Assembly (NCBI GenBank): GCA_013239625.1 | Contig: MU054187.1 | Location: 16,570,941 to 16,634,940, forward strand | Direction: 5' to 3' | Source: Lama guanicoe | Taxonomy: Eukaryota | DNA: 64,000 nt | In this document: one piece after another, positions 39,617-52,930 of the stretch | Numbering within the stretch: position 1 is the first letter of the stretch | Layout: each line of letters opens with the position of its first letter | The notes under the pieces: generated by a model | Database searches by the model: none | What the model saw: the letters and a program-made list of their open reading frames with translations, nothing else | What the model was told of the DNA's origin: nothing | Made by a program: the position numbers and the translations under genes

Positions 39617-40017
39617 ATATCTTTAATTTCAGTATAAACTTGGACAAATTTCTTTTGTTGAAATATTTCTATAACATCTCAATCCTCATTTGAAAACAAG
39701 GATAATAGCTATTTCTCCTTATTGTGTGTGTTTTCCCACCTTTAGAGAGGATTTAACAGGAAAGTGTATTTAAAGGACTTCGCCCAGAGAACATAGAAAC
39801 AGCTTAAGAAATTATAACTAAAAATGTATAGATACTCTTCTGATTTTGAAAGAATTGCATAAAGTAGTTTATAACTAGTCCCTTTTTGTGGGCAAGGAGG
39901 TTGAGGCTAAAAGAGATCAAATGCCTTGCTGAGAGTCAGAAAAACTGACCTCAAACAGACGCACCACAATTCACATCCAGGCTTTCCCCCTTACAAATAC
40001 TGTTTGACATGTAAACT

Positions 40018-40018
<1 letters not shown>

Positions 40019-40054
<36 letters not shown>
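40019..40054. repeat. (GT)n microsatellite
   Basis: Uninterrupted TG dinucleotide run. Confidence 0.95.
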
Positions 40055-40055
<1 letters not shown>

Positions 40056-40149
40056 TTTCAAAATAAATACAGGCTCATCATAGAAAATTTTTGAAACACA
40101 CAAAAATTATTTTTATATATAAATTACATATAAATATAGATTAATAATG

Positions 40150-40152
40150 GTG

Positions 40153-40184
<32 letters not shown>

Positions 40185-40430
40185 GGCTAAACTTTATTGA
40201 ATTCTTTTATGAACCAGGGCTTTTCTAAGTATTTCACATGGATTAAGCCACTTGGCCTTGACAAGTACTGGAGAGGGTAAGTACTATTTTTATCTCCATT
40301 TACAAATAAGGAACTTGAGAGCTGGAAGACTTACCAGCTTTCCCAAGGTCGTCAGCCTCAACAGTGGTGATGACTCACACCTGGGCCAGCTGAGAACAGA
40401 GCCAGCACCCTTAGTCACCAGGCTGGTCAC
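40150..40430 (-). mobile_element. MIR with (AAT)n tail
   Basis: (AAT)n, then ...tatctccatttacaaataaggaacttgagagct...tcccaaggtc. Confidence 0.7.
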
Positions 40431-43400
40431 CTTAATACAGACATATTTTCTTATACTGGAAACAGCCTGCACACTTCTTTATGATTTGACTTTCCACTAA
40501 AGCATAATGTTAATATTTCTTCATGTCATTAAATATGCTTCTCCACGACCATGTTTGTCGGCAACATAGTATTACAACTTACAAAACACACAGTTATTTA
40601 TTCAGCCGATTCTGTATTGTGGGATGTTTACTTTGTTGTTGTAACACTTTGAGTGTTGTAACTCTCAAAGAAGACCTTTGTATATACATTTGGATGTGCC
40701 TTGATGTGAACAGGTGCCGTTGATGTGAACAGGACTGAATGTTTTCATGGGACAAATTCCTAGAGTAGAAGACCTGGATGATTTTAAGGATTTTTGTTAC
40801 AGAGTTCCAGTTTGCTTGAATTTCAAAAATGGTACCAACCATCTCTCCTCCTCTGAATTCAGGTCTTCTGATGCGTACTGAGGTCAGGACTGACACAGGG
40901 ATAATTTCTGTTTAATCCTGCGACTTGGTGCCAGAGGGTGGGTCTGAGTCCAATCCCCTAAGAAACTTCTGTGTGATGCCCTGTTTATTCCAGTGTTATC
41001 CCCCGTTTGAAGCACATCTGTATTGTTACTTGTGTAAATTGAAAGGAATGAGATTTTTACAACTATTGTGAGACTCAGATGGGAAATCTTTTAGCACCCA
41101 GTGCCAAAAAGGAACTTTTATTCTCAAGCTCAATTTCTTATTCAGGTGTTTGAATTGAAAAGGGTAAAATGCAAGCTTTTGACTAGTCAGTTACAACAGA
41201 TAACTCTACTATATACTAAGTAATCTGGATGTATTATTAATCTCAAGAATGTCTTTTTTTCCCCTCCTGCCATAAGTCTCTATCCAGAAGGAGCAAAGAG
41301 GCACAGCCAACTTCCCAGGACATCCACCAAGCACCTCAACTCAAGTTTTTTCCCAAAACTCTCTGCCTCTTAAATATTAGAGATTTGTAGTTGAGAACTC
41401 TCATCAAATATCGCCATATAGAGACTCGTTTGATAATTTGGCATTATAAAAAAAATATTTTATCACAACTAATGCCTACACAAATCAGGAATTCCCTCAA
41501 ATTTCTTAAATTTAAAGTTGAAAAACAAGGCATTTATTGACTAGGACAGATGATTTCGAGTGTAAAAATTGGAAAGCATTAGATTTCTCACTTTATTCCT
41601 CTATGAGTACACACACCAACAGATCTACCCGTTTGTTTGTACAAGAATTTTATATTTCTCTTTGCCTCTCATTGTAAAGATCAATGCAAAGATCAATGCA
41701 AAGATGAGAGAGAGAGTAACTTCAACCTCAAGTAATGTTTCACAAACTATACAGGACCATTTAAAAAAGAATAAAGGGGAAAATATCAAGAAAAAGAAAG
41801 ATTTCTTTAGGTTCTTCTTGGTTTTTTTTTTTTCCTTTTGTTAACATGAAGGTAGATGGATTTAGGCGCATCATAATCTGGGTAAGAGTGAACATTGAAC
41901 TAGAATTTGGGAAGCCTTCCTTGAGAACTTTCCTTCTTACTCTTGACTTTGTACACTTAACAATACTTCAGGATTGGGGGGAAGAATCTCAAGACACAGC
42001 ACCATCTAGATGCCAAAATATATATACTTCCACATCCAGGGCTCAAGTGCTTCGTGCAGTGATGCCCAGGAGCCTGGATTTCCTGCAGCGTTGGCATTCT
42101 CGAAGGCCAGACACCGAGGAGTTAAAGAGGGCCAGGGTGCAGGGACAGCTGGAGATAATTACTTACAATCAAAGGACATGCAGAAAAGCAGCAGGAACAG
42201 CAGGGTGAGGTGTTTTGCCTGGCTGGATTATAAGAGTCATCTGGACAGAGGCAACTGGGCTTAAATACTAGTATGGGAATTTTGCACTGTTTGATCTTAT
42301 TTTAAGACCTAAGAAAGAGATTGGGATTGGTTTGAACCTGGTTTAAAAAGCCCAAAGGTAGACATTCCTGCCATAAACAGCTTGAACTCTCTTGTCCTGT
42401 AAATGGGAATAGAGGAAAGATGTGTTAGGGCCAAGGGGGCTTTGCGTATTAAACACAAGATCGAGTTTTACTTCTAAAATTCTGAAGGATAATTTGGTTC
42501 TCCTGTTTTCCAACATGGGCAATTAGTCTAAAATCCTGGACATCTGACTTTGTTCTTTGTGCTTCTTTTTCCTAAGATCGTTACATAAAGCATCCCAATT
42601 TTCAACTTTTTTCGTCAATTTACCTTTTTTTCTGTAGTCCTAAATTATGTTTCAGCAACTACCATTCTTCCTCATAGGGCCAAGATTCATGAGGCAAATA
42701 AATATTTCCTCTGTGAAAGAGTGTATTGTAGCTAGCCCTATTTTAAGGAGATATCAGATCTCTGAAGTCTTTAAATTGGATTTTCTTCTCAGATACATAT
42801 TTTTTTTCCTTTAATAACATGTATAAAATGGATTCACTGCATTATACTCAGTCCCTAAACCTTGACTGTTGGAGAAACCTTTCCTTGATGAACTCCAATC
42901 CGAAACTATGATTGCTCTCCTTTTGATTTATCTATAATCTTAAGGAATGAGCTCAAAACTTTACAACATTGGGTACTTTATCAGGTAACCACAGAATTAA
43001 GCATACCAAGCAGCTTGAAAGAAAGCATTCGTGCTTACTTCAAAGCTGGTGGTATTAGATGTTACAAGATAAAATGGAAAATCGCCTCATGTGCAAATGC
43101 TTGGGGCAGGACTCATACAGATGGTGTAAATGACAGCCTTTTCATTTATGATATGAAATTTGTGGGGGGCAAAGCTCTGTGGTGGAAGTCAGAAACTTTC
43201 AGACACAAAAGCATCGTCAGAACCTAAGATGTGTCTCCCTTCCTTACAAACTCTCAGTGGTCTCCCATGGTTTTACAGGATGAAGTCCGAATCCCGTAGA
43301 TTCCATGGCCGCCCATCCTGGTATGTTTCAAAACTACTTCTGGCCTCTGTTTCTTCCCTTTTCCCATCTTTGCCCCATATGCCTGGGTTCCATCCAGCCC

Positions 43401-43699
43401 AGAAAAATGCCATTTACATTCCTACCCTTGAACTTTTGATCCTGTTGTATCTCCAAATTAAAATATCATACTCTAATTGCACAACCTGGAAATTTGCTAC
43501 TCAGGCTTCAAGGCTGACCTCAGAAATCTTTCCCTCCACACCCACCCAGCCCATACTTGTAATCAATGAACAAGAAGCTTTCTCTTTTTTTCCTTTTTTC
43601 CCCCAAAACAGAACTCAATGCCTTATCCTCACTTGCCCCGACGAATGAATTGATCCTATATTGGTATATCCAATTCTTTTGTGTGTGTACATTTCTTTA

Positions 43700-43820
43700 G
43701 GCTTTTTTAGGGGGGGTGATTAGGTTATTTATTCATTTTTAATGGAGGTGCTGGGGATTGAACCTAGGATCTTGTGCATGCTAAGCATGTATTCTACCAC
43801 GAAGCTATACCCTCCCCCCT
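43700..43820 (-). mobile_element. tRNA-Ala-derived SINE (Vic-1-like) with TSD
   Basis: Same family as 37651-37790. TSD ATTTCTTTA at 43691-43699 and 43821-43829. Confidence 0.85.
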
Positions 43821-46800
43821 ATTTCTTTAAAATTCCTTTGTCCAATAATTCAGGCATTAATTTGCTCATGCATTCGCTTAAAAAAAAGTGCTTATTGAGT
43901 ATTTTCTGTTTAATGATGATCAATCACTGCTAGAAATTCTGGGAATGAAGCAGTGAACCAGATAGACTGATGATCTCAGGGCTAACGATCCAGCCATGAC
44001 CTTAAACTTGTTCACGTGATTAGCCACTTGCCTGTCTGCTCTCCTTGAAAGAAGGACTTCTTAGTAATTGTTAGTGTGGACCCACAAGGCTTAGTAGGGT
44101 GGTTCACGCTGATGCATAAAATATTTCTAAATTGATGCTCACAGTGTTCTAAGTAAAGCCTTCATGCTTTACATGAAATTTCTCATGGAACCCTCCCAAT
44201 AACCCTATGAATCGAACACGCACTGGGTTTAGAGAAGACAAGGAACTCAGTTTCTTGGTCCTACAGTTATTAATAGCAGAGTCAGAAATCAAACCCGAGT
44301 ATGTCTGACTCCCAGAGTAAAGTGCATGAATGAATGAGTGAGTGAGTGAATGAAAGTGAAGTTCCCGGAGAAGGTCCGTCCTCTGCCCAGTGCCTCAGGT
44401 GAGGGGGGCAGGCAGTCACTGGCCCAAGAACAAACAATACAAGGAGTGAGAGACTCCATGCTTACAAGGTGGAGGAGGGAGCACCTGGCCTCCGGTGTCC
44501 GAAGTATCGGAAGCTTATGTGAAAAATGTGTCTCTGACCTCCTTCATCTCTAAAGCTCAATCTCTTTGGACTAGTCAAAACAATTGGTTAACGAACTCAC
44601 TCAGTTTTTATTCTCTTTATAAAAATGATTTCTGGCTACCTAACAAGAGAAAACGCATTGAACTAAAATCAAGAAGTAAATCCCAGTTCTTCTCACCCTG
44701 GAACGTTCTTCCAGAATTGTCCGTGTGAGACGTGGCTCCATTTCACGTCAGTGGTTGTAATTCAGAATGCCAGGCCTTTGGGCCTTTGGTTGAAAATCAT
44801 CACTGAAACCACCCTGAAATCTTTTGAGGGCAGCCTCGTTCTGCTCTGAGAGGGACGGTCTTGGCCTCTGAAATTCCCATCAGGAGCCCAACCCCCCGAG
44901 TAAGTTTCCTCACACACAGCATAATTCTCACATTGATTGTAGCAAATACACCCTCTAACTTTGGTAAAAATCTTTTCAGCCCTTTCCCTTTAATGCTGTT
45001 ACAGACATGTAGAACCTGCTTATTTATATGGATACGAGTTTTTAAATGTAAATAGTGAGGAAGAGGAAGCACACCAAGTCTGCAGCCTGATGGAGCTGTT
45101 ATGTCTGAGCGTCAAAGCTGAGCTTGTGTGTGTTTCCTGGTAAGTCTCATAATTCTCAACATAAAAGGGGCGTTTGGGTTTTTTTTTTCTTTAATTACAT
45201 ATCATTCCTCTCCTAGTTGCTAGTCTTTGTCAGACATAACTGCTAACAATACTATGAAGAACTAACCTTCCCCATTTTACTTACAAAAATGGTCACAGTT
45301 AAAGTTCTGGTCACTTCTTTGACTCAGTTCATGGCTTATTGACAGAATATAGAATTCACTCACATCAGGTGATATTTTCACTTTTGCCTTTAACTCCTAT
45401 ACATTATTTATTGAATAGCATCTTCTTCAAAATTGTTTATGAAAAGTAATTTCCACGGTGGGGTCGGGAGTCAACTCTTCTGCCCTTGGCTTTGTGTTTC
45501 TCTGTGACGAGGCATCCTGGGTGTAATATTCCAGTCTTCTCTCTGTGACTGTATTTACTTCTTCTGAAGGTGAAAGGAGCTTCTCTGGATAGTGGACCTG
45601 GACCAGTTCAGCCTGCCTAGCTTGGTCCTTCCTTCTTTCCTTCTTTTATGGCTGTGCCTGTCTGAGGACAGCAAACCTTTAGTCTGCACGTGTTTGAACA
45701 GCTTCTCACAGGGTTTGAAGTTCCCAATCCACCCAACCAGCCACAGCGACTCTGGGTTCAGGAGCTGGCCTGACAGAAGGATGTCATTTGGGGGCCCATC
45801 CAAGCCTCAGCGTTAGTGTGGAACAACTGAAAGACGATGGCCTGTGAAGCAGAAGTTTCTTAAAATGTAGCCTAAGGAGCTCTGAACAAAATGTGAATCG
45901 TTGTAACTTTGAATCCTGGTTCTAAACTGCGATGACTTTAGGCTTCTAAATTATAAACTTTCTTTCTGCTTCTCCATCTGTAAACTTTGCACTGGAATAT
46001 CTGCCAGCATTTTATCGAAAAAACATGATGATAAACAGTGCAATTGTATGAGAGCCACTGACTTCTTAGATGTTACATAACTGACTTCTAGTGACCTTAC
46101 TATCAGTATTCCAGATTCAAAGAAAGAGGCTACTTGGTCTGAGCGTAAGATTTTCTCTACGACACTTGATTTCTGAGGATAGAGAATTTTGCATCTGATT
46201 TTGTTTTTCCCTAATCTGCTCATAGAAGGAATGATTAAAGCAGGGATGGGTTTACGTGTGGCAGAGTAGGGTCGACTTGTGATATGTTTCCAGTCAAATA
46301 TTCTTTCTTCTCATCTTTTTTTCCCCAAGGGAAATAAATTGTCAGACTTTGAGAAGGTGGGGTTCTACTAAAATTCTTCCTGCTTTATGTGTTGCTGCTT
46401 CTGGTTACCACACCCCGACCCCTGCCACCACCATATACACATTCAGCAAAAGCTGGGATTTCTGGAGATTACTTTCAGAGATCCTGTCTCACCCAAGGAA
46501 CATATTCGAAAATTCTTCTGGAAAGGTTATCAGGGGCAGTAAAGGATGTAGAGACATCACTATGTAGGAGTAATGGGGCATAAAACCAAATATTTATTTT
46601 ACCCACTAAGCACCAGCTATAACCATAGTTTAGGGAAGCACGCCTCAGTACCTGTCTCTGTGGTGAATGTATCTTCCAGATTTATCAAATACGCCTGGTT
46701 TGAAGATTTGTTCCCAGTAGGAGGTTCCTTAAACTGAAGAGCACTTTGAATAAGTTTATTTGATCTCCGTCTCATCTTTACTGAAGTCCGGTTAGGAAGT

Positions 46801-49305
46801 ATGGGAATGTATTTTAAGTAGAACCTTCTTTCATGTTAATGAGATAAAATGCCCATGGTGGTCTTATAACGTTGGAAAGATATTTATTTCCATCTCTATA
46901 GTCTTTCTCTTTGAAAAAAGAAAGTTTTACAGTGAGATTTAATTAGTTCATCCAAGGAAGGTGGTTGTTCCAATGTCACTGCCAGAGTCGGTATTAATTC
47001 TTCCAGTTTTATTTCTAGAGGACCGGGTTAAGACTGGTGTCTCCTCACTTCTGTAGCCGATCACTTTCTCTGCTTCTTAAGGGTTGACAATATATGGTAT
47101 CTTTTTAAAAATTTAACCTTCTAAATGCATTTTTTGCAAATTCAGTACGATAACAAGGAACTGGTTAAAAATGACTAAATAGAAAAGTATTTAGTCATTC
47201 AAAATTACATCATCCAAGTATATTTACAGTGTGAGAAAAAATTAAGTGGTGTATAATGTGAAAAATTAATTTATGCAAGTTCACACGATTCTATTAAAAT
47301 ATCTATATGTGTTATATATGTTTAAATTAGGAAGAGAGATACAAAGTGATAAATTATTGCCTAATAAGGTATGAATGATTATTCTTTTAAATGTTTTGGT
47401 ATTCTATTTTTGCTATTTAAAAGTCTGTTGAATAAATACAACTTTTGCAGTCAAAAAGGGCATTTTTTGAAAGTCTGAATTAAAGAAAAATTTTGGGGGG
47501 GGGTTAAAAAGGCAGCTTTCAGTTCCAGCTCTTAAAAACTATACACATTTTGTCTCATTATGTTTGCTTAAGCCATGAAGCCACATAAAATAACATTAAT
47601 AGAACCGTATGGTATTATTTTAAGTATTAAAATTTTCATTTAAGTGTGTACTACATATTGCCTTTTCCACCAATGGTTTACTTAGGCATTTTATAATAAA
47701 AAAATAATAAATGGAGAAAAACTGTTTACAGAATTGGAAAAGAAGGGACAAGTCTGCCAACCATAAAAGCCAACATAATTGCTGTGTTTCTGTCTCAAAT
47801 TTGCCTCTAAAGTTTTCTTCTCTTTATTTATAAGAAAGAACATGCCCTTAGGTGAAAAATACTTTTTGCAGCACTGTATATGGAAAGAAGTATCTCAGGA
47901 GGGGAAGTCTAACATTGGATTTGATAATCACTGTATAGTTCAGTGTTACCGATTATATGTGCAATTTGTTTTTGCACTCAACAAAATTTTACCTTTATTT
48001 AAAGAACAGAGCATAATATTAAAATAAATCTTAACAAAGGGAAGTTAAGTTGCTACCCTGATAAGATGTCATATATGTAATTTTCTGGTTTTCTACCTTG
48101 ATCCAAGGATGGAATTTGAAGTTGAAAAGCACAATCCTTTATAAACCTGCTCAAATGTCAGTTATCTTAAGTCCAGCTTTTGATGGTACTTTAGTGGCTA
48201 GATGACTCATATTCTGTATTTGTTGACTTAAGGCAGATTAAGATTTAGCAACAATGAAAAATGGTAAGGCTATAAGATAGAATATTCTCAATTTCACTTA
48301 CCAAAGAAGAGGATGAAATGCAGAATTGTACAGCATAGTGGGCAATAACACCTCATCCATCCACCCACCCCTCCATTCTTCCATTGAACATATATTGTAT
48401 CAGTTAGGATGTTTTCAGCTGCAGAAAACAGAATAGGCACATAAAAGTGGCTTAAAGATAGAATTTATTGTTTCATATAGCAAGAAGTAGAGAAGTTCCT
48501 GGCTGGTTAATTCAGTAACTATAATTACATCACAGAATGGTTTTTTTCTGTCTTCTGCTATGCCATTCTGGGTAGGTTGCCTTTCTTTCTGAGTGAGCCC
48601 TTGTCTTACAACTTCATGGTTTCAAGAAACTGCCATCATGCCTGGGCCCCTGTCCTTAGGCAATCCCATCAAGACTCGGGAAGATGGCAGTCTCTCCTTT
48701 TACATCTATTTGTCAGGAAGGCAAATCTTTATTAGAAAGGACCTGGCAGAGTTCCATGCTTGGAAGTATCACATGCCCATTTCTAACCTAATTGCCAAAG
48801 GGAAAGTCAACAAAATTGGGATTCTGCTAGTGAAAAAGAATGTGATCATTGTTAGATGATGTATCAGTGTTAGCCATGAAACAACTTAGCGAACCTTCAC
48901 ACTGGACAGGTATAGGCCAGACAGAAAAAACAGGAGGGCGAATGGGTTCAGGCCACCTTTCATAGAACATACAGCCTAGGGGACAGGCAGGTAACTGAAC
49001 ATGTCATTACCAAGAAAGTATAATCTTATTTTTGGATGAGGAAACTGACTAAGCCAGACCCGGTATTGTGTGCATGTACTTGGATAAATCACTTTAAAAC
49101 AATGACTACATTAAAGCCACTGAAAGTCATTTAATATATATAAAACAACTATTTATTGAAACTTCAAAACTATAGTTGCTTCTACTTTCTTCCATTGTTT
49201 TGTTTTATAATTTACATGTACACTTCATACTTACAGGTACAAATAATTGTTCTCCATTATGCTTTGCATTTACGATGAATACTCAGAGATACAACAAATT
49301 TAAAG

Positions 49306-49625
49306 TGTATGGTGGCTAAATTGTGTACTAGGGGTGTCCATGTCCTGATCCCTGGAACCTGTGAATATGTTGCCTTACATGATAAAAGGGAATTCGAAAA
49401 TGTGATTTTCTTTTTTTTTTGGTAGTGAATTTATTTATCTATTTTTAAATGAAGTATAGTTGATGTATAGTATTAAATGTTATAGGGGTATGATATAGTG
49501 ATTCACAAATTTTAAAGCACATGTGATTAAATTAAGGGTTTTCAGCTGGGGAGACTGGCCCAATGTCATCCCAAGGATCCTTCCAAGAGGAAGGTTGGAG
49601 GATCAGTTGGTGGTAGAGGCTCTGA
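49306..49625 (+). mobile_element. MLT1 (MaLR) LTR 5' part, interrupted by an L1 tail at 49408-49520
   Basis: gtccatgtcctgatccctggaacctgtgaatatgttgccttacatg...atgtgatt|aaattaagg is MLT1C/D-like. Confidence 0.8.
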
Positions 49626-49632
49626 TAGAAGA

Positions 49633-50303
49633 ATATATATATATATTCTTTTCTATTATAGGTTATTACAAGCTATTGAGTATAGTTCCCTGTGCTATAT
49701 AGTAGGACCTTGTAATTTATTTTGTTTATGGCAGTTTGTATCTGCTAGTCCCAAACTCCTAATTTATCCCTCCCCTCACTTCTTCCCTCTTTGGTAACTA
49801 TAGTTTGTTTTCTATCTCTACAAGCCTATTTCCAGTTTGTAAATAAGTTCATTTGTATCATTTTTTAAGATTCCACATATAAGTGATATCATATGATATT
49901 TGTCTTTCTCTGTCTGACGTACTTCACTTGATATGATAATCTCTAGGTCCATTCATGTTGTTGCAAATAGCATTATTTCATTCTTTTTTATGGCTGAGTA
50001 ATATTCCACGGTGTGTGTGTGTGTGTGTGTGTGTGTATATTCCACCTCTTTATCCATTCATCTGTCGATGGACATTCAGTTTGCTTCCATGTCTTGGCTA
50101 TTGTAAATAGTGCTGCTATGAACATTGAGGTGCATGTAACTTTTTGATTTAGTTTTCTCTGGACATATGCCCAGGAGTGGGACTGCTGGATCACACTGTA
50201 ACTCTGTTTTGTTGGTGGTAATGTAAGTTGGTGCAGCCACTATGGAGAACAGTATGGAGATTCTTTAAAAAAATTAAAAATAGACTCACCATATGATCCA
50301 GCA
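49633..50303 (-). mobile_element. L1 fragment (ORF2 end and 3' UTR) with inverted segment 50211-50303
   Basis: The minus-strand ORF reads CTSMFIAALFTIAKTWKQTECPSTDEWIK, the L1 ORF2 C-terminus. The adjacent piece is L1 in the opposite orientation. Confidence 0.85.
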
Positions 50304-50599
50304 TGGCTTATTTCTTAATTATACCATAAGCCAAAGTAGACATCTTTTCATGGTGCTTGCTCTCCAACAGTGACTCAGGGATTATGGTCACTTTCAACTT
50401 GCAACTCTACATCTCTGAGCTCTGTTTTGTAGCTAGGAGAAAGAGATGGAGAGGGTGCACTGACACACATGGGTCTTGACTGATAAATAATACATTTCAC
50501 CTCCAGATTATTGATCAGAAGTCACCCCATATCCCAACTCAAGTGCAAGGGCAAAGGAGGATATGGAACATTTAGTGAACATCACTCCTGGGCACAGTG

Positions 50600-51540
50600 A
50601 GACAAAGGGGACTGAAAAGGAAGGGGTTAGCAAAAGTACAGAGGTGAGAAACAGCATCACCTGGGCCAGAAGGATTTTGGTTTTCTTGAACGTAATACAA
50701 AAGAAAGCCTGTAAATGATAAGAACATGAAGGAGAGTCATGGCCCAGATCAGGAAAGGTCCCATAAGAGATACTAGGCTCTTGGATTTTATTCTATAGGA
50801 GAGACAGAGCCATTGAAAAATTTTAAGTAGATCTGAACTCTAGGATTGTGGCCTGAACTTGAAAGGGACAGGACTGAAAGTAGGTATACCAATTATGAGG
50901 TGATCAATTAGTTAGGAGAATATTCACCAAAACCTGGGCAATATAATAGAGAAAAAGGAAATGTTAGAGACAGAACTGGCAAGAATATAAAAACTGATTA
51001 AATTTGGGTATTAGAATGAAGGAGTGACAAATAGCTTCTAGATTTCTACTTTGGGTACTGGTAATATCAATTTAGATTATTGGCAAAAGACTATTCAAAG
51101 ATGAAGGAGTTTATTCCAGACTTTTGAAGGTTGAGTTGCCAGTGGGAAATCCAGGCAAAGTCAACCAGTGAGAGTGTGGGTAAAGGTCTACAGCTAGTTC
51201 CAAGCTTGAGATGAAGATTTTGGGATCATATAAGTTTGGATGAAGGATGAAACCACAAGAATAGATGGCTCACAAACTGAAAATGAGATGAGCAGTGGGT
51301 TTGGAACTCAACCATGGGGAATGCCAACATGTAAGGGGTAGAAAGAAGAAAGCATCTGGTGAAGATGTAAGAGAAGGTACTGCCAACTGAGTAAGGAGAA
51401 GAAGGCATGGTAAGGAGACTTTCAAGGAAAGAGGGATCAACTATCTTAAGTGGTATAAAGAAATCCAGGATAGGGACTGAATTTCTGTCATTGAATTTGG
51501 TGCTTAGAAATGCTTACTGACAGCCTGAGTGGTAAAGAAA
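50600..51540 (-). mobile_element. L2 fragments
   Basis: GA-rich degenerate L2 pattern similar to 1-730. Confidence 0.55.
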
Positions 51541-52199
51541 CTGGTGAGCAGGAGAGGTTGCAATGGACAGGGTATTGCTACATACTGGATAAAGTAACCA
51601 TGTTCCCTGTCTTGCTCAGCACCCCCACAACCAGAGTTGAAGTTCAAGGCGGCCGGAACTGAAATGTGAGGCCAGGCCATGCCAACTGCTTAGTGGCAGG
51701 GCAGGACATAATCATATTCCCCAGAACACCTCAAAAATCAGTGCAGTCTTTCACCGCACTTTCTAGTTTTCGTGACAGTCTAGATGAGTTGCTGAGGGGA
51801 ATTTTCCAAGCATATATTAAAATACACACACACACAATAAGATTTGAAAAAGTAGATTGTTGAGGTGATTTACTTTAATGGGAGCTGAGCAGAGCACAAC
51901 AAACTAATAATAAATGATACCCTACTAAATCCAAGTGCATTTTAGACTTTTAGGGAGTACTTAATAGGACCAAGCAGTCTTAGCAAGTTAAATTGAATGG
52001 ATGTATTTCTAAACAGCACCCTATATCACCATAATTCTATCAAGTGATCTTTCTCAATAAGCAAGGTGCTTAGCTCCTATGTAAGCCCTTGGTTAAAGAA
52101 ACCAAACGCTTAGAGGGACAAAATTTCCAAGGCCTCCTGGGGGTCACAGAATTCTCAGTGATCCTAAATAAAAGAAAGACCCCAGTTTCATAGCAGGCT

Positions 52200-52470
52200 C
52201 TGGGAGCAGACAGCTGCATGGCCCTCACTCGGTGGGGAGTGGAGGGAGATAAAACTGGCCGTGGAGGCCGGAACCAGATAATGAAGGGCTTTATATATCA
52301 TGCTAAGGAGTCTGGACTTTATCTTACGGGTTAGCAGAGAGCTATTAAAGACTTTTAAGTAAGGGATTATCATGATCAGTTTTCTATTTTCTGGCAGCTA
52401 CAGTGTGGAGGAGAACTGAAGGAGGACAGAGACTGGAGGCAAAGAGACCAGTTCGTAACTCCTGCTTATT
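52200..52470 (-). mobile_element. L2 fragment
   Basis: ccagataatgaagggcttt...ctaaggagtctggactttatc...gagactggaggcaaagagaccagtt. Confidence 0.65.
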
Positions 52471-52796
52471 TTCTTGCTTTCCCTCTGCCTCCAGATTCCC
52501 ACGTACTAAGGCTCCAGATGCGTTTCCAGGGTGAGCTTTCATTGCAGGGACTGCCTTCTTGGTCTGGGTTTTCACTCCCTAACTGCTAACCACGCTCATC
52601 ACAGGTACACACACGCACACCCAGCACACGGCTTTCATCCTGATCCTTCTTGGGTACGATCAAAACTTCCTGTTGTAGCCAGGTCACCTGGAAGTCATGT
52701 CAAGGAACACCAGGATATATTATATTAATAAAGGACCCTTTGTCTGTTGGGAAGACAAGGAAGGTCCATGGGATTTGGTCAAGAGATGAGGATGAG

Positions 52797-52930
52797 GGGA
52801 GGAGGTGGGGATATAGCTCAGTTGTAGAGCGTATGCCTAGCGTGTACAAGGTCCTCAGTTCAATCCCCAGTACCTCCAGTGAAAAAAAGTAAAAGAAAAA
52901 GAAAAAAAAAAGGAAAAAGAAAAAAATGAA
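52797..52930 (+). mobile_element. tRNA-Ala-derived SINE or retrocopy with A-rich tail
   Basis: ggggatatagctcagttgtagagc...gttcaatccccagtacctcca followed by an A tail. Near-perfect TSD agatga(g/a)gatg at 52784-52794 and 52931-52941. Confidence 0.85.

Noticed and set aside
52807..52878. Functional tRNA-Ala genes (also at ~37717-37788 and ~43743-43812)
   Set aside because: Stem and loop mismatches, A-rich tails and TSDs indicate retroposed SINE copies.
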